A DNA stretch of 64,000 nt. It comes from Octopus sinensis (taxonomy: Eukaryota). Location: assembly GCF_006345805.1 (NCBI RefSeq), contig NC_043000.1:162936001-163000000 (forward strand), in the 5' to 3' direction. Both the position numbers and the translations under genes were made by a program. This document shows positions 54,072 to 64,000 of the stretch, one piece after another. The stretch's first letter is position 1; the number at the start of each line of letters is the position of its first letter. The notes beneath the pieces were generated by a model. That model saw nothing but the letters and a program-made list of their open reading frames with translations. It did no database searches and was not told the origin of the DNA.

Positions 54072-54280
54072 CAGTTCTATATTTAAGAGATGAGGAATTT
54101 TGTACATTATTTACATTTGATGGATATTTGCCTTCATCTTCTTTGCTGTTAACACAACGCTTCGGTTGATATACGTTCCAGCCTTCATCGGGTGTCTTGG
54201 GGAAATTTCGAACCTGGGTTCTCATTTCTAAGATATTTTTCGATGTTATTATCATTATTATTATTATTATTATTATTATA
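54072..54280 (-). mobile_element. Headless copy of the hammerhead module (degenerate core)
   Basis: gacacCCGATGAAggctg..caaccGAAGcgttgtgtt plus the shared tail attcctcatctcttaaatatagaac. Confidence 0.75.
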
Positions 54281-54513
54281 TAGGTATGCTTGTGTGCGTG
54301 TGTGTGTGTCTGTATGAAATCCTTGGTACAGTTAAGTATATTTGAAAAAGGAAAAGAACGACTTCACTGGTAGTTCCAATCAATTTAATTTTCTAATATA
54401 ATTTTACAGTTTGGTTTGTAGATCTAGTCATATGTACGCACATGTGCATACACACATACACCTATATGTACATACATATATACATACACATATATACATG
54501 TATATATACATAC

Positions 54514-54608
<95 letters not shown>

Positions 54609-54629
54609 TATTACACATATATAAATATC

Positions 54630-55856
54630 TATGGTCATCCCTGAATAATGCGATTTTTTATACGTTTATTTTTCAAAATTAAGATAAATATACTCTCCTT
54701 CATTTTCTACAATGCTCTTCCATCTATCTGGTAGTCTTTCAAGGACCCCTTTTGGAAAATTCACTTGTCCGTGACGAAAAATACTCCTACTATACTGTTC
54801 TGGCCTCGTCTACAGAATTCATATTTTTTCAGTCCAAGAGATTTAGAAGACTGCGGAATAAATGATAATCAGATTGGACAATGTCCGGCGAATATGGTGG
54901 GTGGGGCATCGTTTCTCATTCAAACTGCTCCAACCTTTGAAATGTCATCGTCACTGTATGTAGCCGAACACCATCCTGATGGAAGAACACCTGTCATCTT
55001 GAAAACAAAGATGGTCGTTTTTTCTTCTAGTGCTGACTTAAGCCGCTCAAGCTACTCGCAGCAGATCTCCTTTGTTATTGTTTGGTTTGAGTTTAAAGGT
55101 TCAAAATAGACTAAACCTTTCATATCTCACCAAACAGATAACAACACGTTATGTGGGTGAAGACCTTCTTTAGCCACTGTCTTCGGTGCTTGACATTTTT
55201 ATTGAGAACCCATTTCTCGTTACCAGTCACTGTTCGTTCCAAAATTATTCATTCGTTAGACATGACAGCAAACAAGGGCACACATTCATTCTCTGCACGC
55301 GATTAGACTCGGAAAGTTTTTAAGGAACACATTGACCTAATTTGCTGACTTCTCCGATGGCCCCGCAGGTGTCGATGAATGGTTGAATGACCAAATCCAA
55401 ACTTCACTGTCAGTTCCTCAACTGTTACGATGGGATTTTGCTCCACCAGGGTTTGCAGGATATCCTCGTCAAGCTCTACAGATCTTCCACGACAAGGCTT
55501 GTCTTCTAGGCTGTAGTTTCCGGCTCGGAATTTCTGGAACTACCGTTGACACTGGCTTACGCTTATTTCTGATACCCATATAATGCATTAATATTCCTAG
55601 TACTTTCCGTTGCATTGTTACCTTTATTGAACTCATGAAGCAAAATATGCCGAATATGCTCCTTTATTTCCATTATAGCTTTGAAAAAATAACTGTCAAA
55701 ATCGAACTGCACTCTTCAAACCTTACACTAAGAACAAGCACAGGGTAAAATTACTACTTGCTTTCATAGCAAGTTGATGCAGGTAGTTTGTCCCGTCAAC
55801 CTCCGACTTTTAGTTCGTGCAACTGATAAAAACGCATTACTTATGGGAAGAACCTA
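54630..55856 (-). mobile_element. Full-length degenerate mariner (transposase about 55673-54679)
   Basis: MEIKEHIRHILLHEFNKG..LEDKPCRGR..TGNEKW..LSVW..FHQDG..HPPYSPDIVQSDYHLFRSL..LPDRWKSIVENEGEY; imperfect TIRs at both ends. Confidence 0.9.
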
Positions 55857-56189
55857 TGTATATATACACACAAACATGCACACATACATATATATTCTAG
55901 TTCATACGTATCGATCTATTTATACATGCATTCACACCTGTATATGTATATATACCTACATACACATGCATACATACACTTACATATGTATATACATCTA
56001 CACTACTCAAGTATTTAAGTTCACGTATATATTGGGGGGGGAGATTAAAATGGTAGTGTACCTTCGAGGGTTGTTCTCTCCAATGACCGAATGATTGAAA
56101 GTGTGCGTGTGCGATCCACTTCTATTTGGATATATGCATCATTATTTTAAAGCAAAAAGAGAATCCCGTTATTGGGGTGGGGGAGTAGA

Positions 56190-57498
56190 ATTTTTGAATT
56201 TTTTTTTATTCAGTAGTGTGAAGAATTCTTTATATTTCCGGAAATATTTGTTGTCCCATCATAACTTAAAGAAGAGGAAGATTGGGAATTTTCCGTTTCC
56301 GTATGTTGCGAATTGTTCACTTCAGGTGGCGTTTCTGACTGAGGAGTCTCTAATTTGTTTCTTATGTACACCAACTACGTTATGTAGTTCCGTTCCGGTT
56401 TCACCAATCTGGTATTCTTTACATTGTAAGCAAGTTGCATAGTAAATTAAGTTTCTTGTTTTGCAATTCATGTTTGCAATAACTTTGAAAATATCATTGT
56501 TTTTTAAAGGATCTTCATTATATTCACAAGTTCCGCATCGAGGGTTTCCGCACCTCTTACTTTACATTGTTTCAAAGTTAGATGTAAATTTCGCCTTGGT
56601 GAGCAGCTTTTCTAGGTTGGGTGATTATTTGTGAATCTTTTATGAGTGCATTCATTTTGGGGGATCGCTGGAGAATTGGGAAATATTGTTTGGCGGCTTT
56701 TACAATGTTGAAGTTCCTTGGTTGGTTATGAATGACGATTACTGGTTTTTTTCCTTGTTTTGTTGAGTTGTTTCTCTCAGGGTTGTCACTGGAATGCTCT
56801 GGGCCTTGGAGATGGCCGTATTGATGAGGTTCACCGGATATTCTTGTTTTTTAAAGAACCATTTTAGTTCTTATAATCTTTTTTTTCCTGTAGTGTGGGG
56901 TGTGTTACTATGGTGCAGATGCGTCTTGATATGTTAAAGGGAATGTTCCTTTTGGTATATGAAGGGTTTGCTGATTGGAAATTTAAGCATTGGTGTGTGT
57001 CTGTTAGTTTGTAAAATAGGTCAGATTCGATATTTTCCCCTTTTTTTAAGATAGGGATATCCAGAAACGGTAGTCCCTTTCTATTACATTCCATGGTAAA
57101 TTACATTGCATCGTGAAGCCTGTTTATAATGGAATGGAATCTTTACAGATCTTCTTGGCTTCTATCTCAGAAGATGAAGCAATCCTCTGGGTAACGTTTC
57201 CAGTTGTTATTAATGTAGGTAGAGAAGTCGTGACTGAAGGTTTCCTGCAGCTGGGAATATAGTTTTGACTCTAGGCAACCCATACCGAGTGCTGCATATA
57301 TTGGGGGTACTTTGGAGGTTATGGCCGTTCCTTTTATTTGTAAATACAGTTGGTTATCAAAGAGGAAGTGGTTGTTCTCCAATGTTAATTTGAACCCTTC
57401 CAAAATAAACTCTTTCGGGAATCTCCCTGAAATGGAATCTGGGTGTTTTGTGATCCAGAAGTCAACAGCTTCAATTCCTAAGTCGTGTGGGATATTAG

Positions 57499-57505
<7 letters not shown>
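56190..57505 (-). mobile_element. Penelope-like element remnant, RT plus GIY-YIG
   Basis: YTNIPH..YLQIKGTAITSKVPPIYA..WKRYPEDCF..LPFLDI..YKLTDTHQCLNFQS; NCKTRNLIYYATCLQCKEYQIGETG. Confidence 0.87.
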
Positions 57506-57573
<68 letters not shown>

Positions 57574-57612
57574 CTAACATCCCACATATATATATATGTG
57601 TGTGTATGTATG

Positions 57613-57653
<41 letters not shown>

Positions 57654-58186
57654 ACACACATGTATGCATATATAGGTGTATGTGTGGGTATGCATATGTA
57701 TGTATATACGACTAGATCTACAAACTAAACTGTAAAATTTTATTATTAAAAAATTGATTAGAATTACCAGTGAAGTCATTTTCTCCCCTTTCAAATATAT
57801 AAATGAGAAAGCGATATAGCCAAAAATGGATAAGATCGTTTCTCAATCCCGAAACCATGCGTTCGATTCCATTACGCGGCATATTGGACATGTCTTTTTT
57901 TTTTACCATAGTCTTGTATGGTCTCTTGTCTTGTGAATTAAATTGGATGGTTAGAAATTATGCGAAAACCCATCTGATAGAGTGTGCCAGTAATTTAAAG
58001 CTATGACCTTATCACACTCTGTCACAACTGTCACACACTTTCACATAAAAGGATTATATCGAAAGTATACGTGTTTTGGGAAACTTACACTATAATTCGA
58101 TAAGCAGGTCGTTGAAATTTATCGAACAACAGGATACATATTGTCGAAATCAACGGAGATATATTAACAGCATGTGCATTTTCGTA

Positions 58187-58248
<62 letters not shown>

Positions 58249-58473
58249 GCACGCGTACGCACTCACACACACACGCACACACTCACAAAATCACTCGCGC
58301 CTGTGCATAGAAATAGGAGAACATGCAACATACTTGCACAAATAAATATGACATCCCCAATGAAACAAGATCTCTCTCTCTCTCGTTATGCACTTCAGTA
58401 TATACTTGTCTACACCTACACTCACTTTGCTCTCTCTCTCACTCTCTCCTGTCTTTGGGTGGGTTTTTGCATC

Positions 58474-59237
58474 GTGACGCGACAATTCAGCGCTAGACAA
58501 TTCAGCGCAAATTCCCCCCATTGCGGTTAGTGTCCAACTAATTAAAAAATTTTATTGATGCATCGCCAGTCTCAGTCTGTTGAATCAAAATATTTAAAAA
58601 GCAAAAAATACTAAACAACGGATCAGTAAGATTGATTCACCGTTAGTCTCTCTCTACTGACCCAAGATGTTTAAAAAGCAATAAATACTAAACTACTTTG
58701 AACCAGTAGTTAGCTAGTTAAATTTTCATAGGAAATTCAAAAGGTGTATAGTTGACGTTTCGTATGGGATGTGTATATATGTTTATATTTCTTGCTGATG
58801 TGTGTTTCATGTGTATGTATGATTTTTGTTTATGTATTGTTAATCTATTCTGATTTTTACCTTTTGACCTACAGATTTGAAAAAAATAATTTTTTGTAAC
58901 AAACTTCGGACACTAGTAGATTGTGTCATATAAAACATCTTTTACTCTTAGCATTTTTGAGAAAAACTTATATTTACGAAGTTATTTCACGTTAAAGTTC
59001 TCGTATTCCGGTAATTTCAACCAATCAATGACGTGTATTCAGCTGAATAAAATTACTGCCGTTGTTTGGATCCATCTATTCTATGACTGCTGTGTTTGTA
59101 GGTTGCATGTACATGTGTTTTAGATATACAACCAACACCACTATAATATAATATTAAATTACATATATCACATGCGCTGAATTATCGGCGCTGAATTATC
59201 GGCGCTGAATTATCGGCGCTGGATTGTCGGTACTCCG
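58474..59237. mobile_element. Non-autonomous DNA transposon-like element with subterminal repeats
   Basis: gacaattcagcgc twice at the left end; gcgctgaattatcg three times plus gcgctggattgtcg at the right end, in inverted orientation. Confidence 0.6.
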
Positions 59238-59959
59238 TTAGTATATGTGTGTGATTGTGCTGTAGTAACCAATGTCTGGCCGTGCGGAGTAAGCAGCATT
59301 ACATTACATAAACGAATTCATATAATAGTTTCGATTACATGTTCAAGCTAAGTTGATTTACAATCCATTTAAGCATCTGGCTAGTTTTAATCACTGCACT
59401 ACTACCAAACTGGGGTACCACATTCAAGGGTCTTTAATTAATTTCGGCCCCAATTGTTGAGATTGATACTCAACTGAGTACACCTATCGAGTTATGATGT
59501 TCATTTAGATATTTAGTCCCTCTTATGGAGAAATTACTGCAACTAATTAACGCCGGTGAACAGAATACATTAAGATACACACAATCATACATACATACAT
59601 GCATACATACATACATACGTGTGTGTGTGTCTGTCTGTCTTTCTGTGTGTGTGTGTTGCAAAATATATCAAAGAAGAAAACAAACCCAAAACATTCAAAC
59701 AATACTCGTACAAATTTCTCTAAGAAATACCAGACAAACCAACAATAACCATGGCAAAGATCAGCTTTCTAATCAGGTGAGTTATTGTGGCCCATGAAGT
59801 GCTATTATAGAAGGTATATAAGTATATAAGAAGTATAGAACGTATATAAGACTCACTTTTTTTCCAATGAAAAGTCTCCAAAATATCACCCCGTCTTCTA
59901 TATGCAAAGTTGCTTTGAATATTGGTTTCACATTTTGGCAGCAGCCCAGCAATTTTGGG

Positions 59960-60140
59960 AATGTGGTTAAGTCGAATACACCGATCCAAGTACTTGTGAT
60001 CGACTGTTATTTATTTTATCGACCCAGCGGGATGAAATGCAAGATTGACCGCGGTGAAATTTGAACTCAGAACGTGATGACAGACGAAATGCCACTAAGT
60101 ATTTTGCCCGGCTTGTTAACGGTTCTGCTAGTTCACCACC
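59960..60140 (-). mobile_element. Nin/Deu-type SINE
   Basis: ttatcgacccagcgggatgaaatgc..gaaatttgaactcagaac. Confidence 0.75.
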
Positions 60141-60372
60141 TGGAGTTGCTTTGAATATTACAAGCTTCAATGCGCTAAAAACAGTTTACCTGAATATGCA
60201 CTGCAGAAATTGAGAAGTGTCTAATACACCCGTACGTCTTTCATGTTAGATATGACCTGGACCGTTCCTAACATTACCAAAACCTATCCAAGTTATAGAT
60301 TGTCGTGTTAAATCCATCTTCATAGAGCAAACCTTAAATTGACAAGTGTGTTGCTACTAGTGTATATCTTAC

Positions 60373-60534
60373 CTTCACCTCATTAACTGAATCGGGCAAT
60401 AAATCTTTAAAATCTGTAATATTTAAAGCTAACTGCCCTTAACTCTAAAAGCTCCCTACGCCTATCAGTTGCCCATACATTCTCCTTCCTACTTTTGTGT
60501 TGATAAACAAGATTAAGTAACACTCACCATCCAT
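60373..60534 (-). CDS. Candidate 5' exons of gene B: ATG GAT G (60534-60528) and a 41-nt exon (60413-60373), separated by a 114-nt intron
   Basis: aagATGGATG|gtgagt; aatattacag|..GTGAAG|gtaaga; open frame MDDFKDLLPDSVNEVK. No transcript evidence. Confidence 0.35.
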
Positions 60535-61034
60535 CTTATGTATAATTTCAAACAAACGCTTAAGATTATCAACTTTTCTCTGATAAATACTGAACTACAG
60601 TTATTTTGTTGTTAGTAAGGTTATTTCTGTTGTTGTGGTTGTTGTTTTGTTTTTAACTTCTTACTCGCTTGTTTCTTGGTGTATCTTTCTACCTCGTGAT
60701 TTTTCTGTTCAAACGCACATGATCTAAGAACAAAAATAAGGAAAAGAAAAATAAATAAGAAAGCAGACCAAAAGGTATATACATTTATAAAAAAATAAAG
60801 GTAAGCAGTCTGATCTGTATTGATAAGCACACTTTGATTTCATCTACTTTCTCATCTTAAAACGAGTGGTGTTTAAAGTCTTGGAAATAAAACCCTTCTC
60901 AATGTATAGTTATAAATGAGAGCAAAACAATGAAATGATGCAAGGTTACAAATCAACACTAGACATGTATTTATCACAATATACTAGATCGAAAAAGCAC
61001 AACTGTGCTGAGAGAAAAGTTAGGCATAAGAAGA

Positions 61035-61255
61035 GTTAAATGTAGTTTTCAGGAGAGGAAACTGCGTTGGTTTGGATATGTGATGCGTATGAGTGAAGAC
61101 AGTTGTATACAGAAGTGACTGCCGTTGAAAGTGGATGGTACGTATTGAAGATGAAGTAGTGAGGATTGATCTTAGGATGTTAGGGCTCACGGAGAAAATG
61201 GCAGTAGACCGAGATGGTTGTAGATATGAAGTGCTGGGGAAGACCCGTCCACGAA
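61035..61255 (+). pseudogene. RTE-clade LINE 3' remnant
   Basis: QERKLRWFGYVMRM..DEVVRIDLRMLGL..DRDG. Confidence 0.75.
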
Positions 61256-61277
61256 ACTAAGGACAGATGTTAGCGTT

Positions 61278-63190
61278 TTATAAATTGTTGTTAAGCAGAT
61301 TATGGGCCGATAGTTTTTTGGGTTCCTTTGTTTCTTCATTTTTTGGAAGTAGGAATGTTAAACTATTAACTAGCCAAGAGGGGATCATACTAGGATATTG
61401 CAAAACATCGTTGTAAAGTTTTGTTAGTAGTTCATGGCTCTCTGGGAAGGCATTCAACCAGAAGTTAGGAATTTTATCCTTTCCTGAGACTTCCATTTGC
61501 TTGACCTCCTGAGAGCAGATCTTATATCTTCTACCTTGACATCCTCCTACTTTTGCTCCTCTAAGGAGTCTAAGTCTGTAAATATTCTATCAATCCAAGG
61601 AGCCTTTTCATTGTGTATTTTTTCTACTGCCCAAATTTTATTCCAAAATTCCTGCACTTCTTCTTTTGATGGGACAGTCTTTACTGTAACTGGTATCTTC
61701 CCAATCTTCCTGTAAACATTTTGGGGGCTATTTTTGAACATGTTGTTGTCCTTGAAGAATCTAACACTCTTTTCATACCTTGCTATGCAAGCAGCTTTAA
61801 CACATACCTTTTGCTTGATGGTGTCTATGGTGGTATCAATGTCAAATATGGTTTTCATACTATATTATCTCTTTAACTTTCGGGTTTTTGTAGGTTTCAT
61901 AGTCTTGTTAAACTTAAGTAGCTTAATTTGGTGTTGAATACGCTCTTACCAAGAAGGCTTTTTGTGAGAATGTTGGCGTTTTGTAATTTTTTCACCACAT
62001 AGAATCGTTGAGATTTTCGTGGATGCATAGTACAGATGGTTACGATATGTAATATCTACATCATTAGCTGAAATTAAATCCTTAAGTGCAAGGCAGATTT
62101 TACCAATTATTTTCAGGTTTTGGTTAGAATTGCGAACTTTTGGGAGAGTATCGCGTTCATTCGTACTGGTTTCTTTAATTTTCAGCCATTCAATCATGAT
62201 TTGATTTTTTTTTACATCATGTAGTACTGTTGGGTCAATTTCTATTTAATTTTCATCTGCTTTAGCGTTTATGATTGGTTCAGAGAGTATTTCACTCTGC
62301 TTATTAGTTATATTAACTCTTTCAATCATTGCTGCATTTTCATCAGCCCTAGGCTGGTCTATAATTATTTCCTCTGTAGTATCTTCTTTAGCTGCAGCTT
62401 CGTTCTTTTTATCCTTTACTGATTGTTTAATTTGGTCAATCTCTACTTCAATTAGTAATTTATTTTCATAATATTTCTTCTGACGTTGGCAAGTTTGTTA
62501 CTGTTCATGTAGGGTCTTACTACAAGGTATTTCTGTCTCCAGTTTAAGTAGGTTTGTACAGTATTAGATTTATTTGTGGGGAAATATATGGCATGGTAGA
62601 AGGCCGTAAGAACTTCTTATTATCTTCCCTAGACCATTTTTCATTACTTTTCTTTTGGTTGTTTGATGACGAGCATGGATGGCCATCTGTTGGAATATTC
62701 CAGTTGTGGGGTACTTCCAGCTTCTGTGTGTCAGGAAGGTTTGAACCAGTAGCTGATTTTCGGACTCGAATCTGGTTCCTCATTCGAATACGTGGCCTTT
62801 TGTAATCTGGTCGATGACCATTCCGGTTTCTATTTTGCTTTGTTAAAGTGAGGCGTGACGAGCTTCGACGTTGACATTAGAGAACGGATCTGTCTGCTTA
62901 GGGTTAATCTTTTGAGACAACACCGTCTTCAAGTTCTCTGTATGTAAATATTGCTCGTAACGTAGCTTCTTCAGGCTAACAGATCGATATCGAGTACGTG
63001 GACCTTTGTGATCCGGTCGACGACTAATCTGCTTTGTAATTTGATTTGTTATCATTGAGGCATGACGAGCTTCGACGTTGACATTAGGGGACGGATTTGT
63101 CTGTTTAGGGACAATTTTTTGAGACAACACTGTCACCGAGTTCTCTGCATGTAAACATTGCTCGTACCGTAGCTTCTTAAGACTATCAGA
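61278..63190 (-). mobile_element. Second R4/Dong-family element, degraded 5' half
   Basis: KWSREDNK..TIKQKVCVKAACIARYEK..FWNKIW..GKDKIPNFW..LTFLLPKNEETKEPK, co-linear with the N-terminus and RT start of 777-4736. Confidence 0.82.
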
Positions 63191-63839
63191 TCTGTATTCG
63201 TCTGTATTTTTTTCATGGGTTTATCTCCGAACGTTCCTTTTTTTTTTTGTTTTTTGCGATGATTTAAACTTATGAATGGTTCGCTCTGTCTGTGTTAGTT
63301 CGAAAAATAAAAAAAGAAAAAAGAAAAAAGTTTTGTTTTTGATTTTTGCTTCGTTTGTGACACGTGTTTTCATATGCATGAATGTGTGTCCTGTAAATTT
63401 CCCGTAGTTGTGTAAACATTGAGATGTATGTGTAGTCCTATGGATATCAAAATGTATAAATGATTGCGTAGACATTCGAGTGAATGCGTAATTATTCAAT
63501 TTCTGCACTTCCAATTTTGTTCCATTTCTATTTTATAATTTGTAAACTTTCCGGTTTTGACTTTGTGTGTGTGTTTCGCACATGTTTCACTGAGACATCG
63601 TTCATAGGAGAAACTGTGCTTTGTATGGGAGCAAAATTTCGTTTATTATTATTATTATTATTATTTTCGTTAAAAGACTGCATCCTTCAAGTCTTCTATA
63701 GGTTCCTTTATCTAATTCCATCGATGTTATTGGATTAGATTTGTTTTTGAATGGGGAGCCTTGTGTAACACGTCCATGTTGTTATTCAGTATGGGGCTAT
63801 TCTTCCATATTATTGTTGTTGTTGTTGTTGTTATCATCG

Positions 63840-64000
63840 TTCGATGGAAAACTAACAGATTCTTTGGCTCGCCGGTCAAAGTGCTTAGCGGCATTCCGTC
63901 CGTCTTTGCGTTCTGAATCCACATTCTGTCGCAGTCGACTCTGCATTTCATCCTTTTTGGGGTCGATAGAATAAGTACCAGTTGAACACTGGGGTTGATG
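63840..64000 (+). mobile_element. Nin/Deu-type SINE running off the window end
   Basis: gtcgactctgcatttcatcctttttggggtcgatagaataagtaccag. Confidence 0.75.

Noticed and set aside
59159-59230. Short regularly spaced direct repeats, superficially CRISPR-like
   Set aside because: No unique spacers, no cas genes, eukaryotic context; better explained as subterminal transposon motifs.
59740-59785. Plus-strand accATGG..CAG|gtgagt candidate first exon (MAKISFLI)
   Set aside because: No plus-strand downstream exons identified; a single motif could be chance.

Overview
Eukaryotic, AT-rich, repeat-dense genomic DNA. The SINE complement (OK-like CORE-SINEs, Nin/Deu-domain SINEs) and the (TAA)n, (CATA)n and (CA)n arrays point to an octopus-type cephalopod; this is an inference. 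There is no rRNA, genuine tRNA, CRISPR array or operon, and most of the ORF track is microsatellite noise. Mobile elements: a near full-length R4/Dong-clade RLE retrotransposon (777-4736, minus) with a 5'-truncated twin sharing the same flank, further R4, L1/Tx1 and RTE remnants, Penelope-like elements (PLEs) with hammerhead motifs, three Gypsy remnants, a degenerate hAT/Buster transposon, mariners, non-autonomous Helitrons and many fold-back MITEs. The two most interesting signals are these. (1) Two paralogous minus-strand terminal exons (37725-38134 and 53609-53916) encode small single-pass membrane proteins that are divergent except for a conserved C-terminal motif PxLxTVExGExYxLAAA; candidate upstream micro-exons are phase-compatible. 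(2) A repeat family joins a tRNA-derived Pol III head to a PLE-type minimal hammerhead ribozyme module and occurs in inverted pairs. All alignments and folds were done by eye; element boundaries are approximate unless terminal motifs are quoted.
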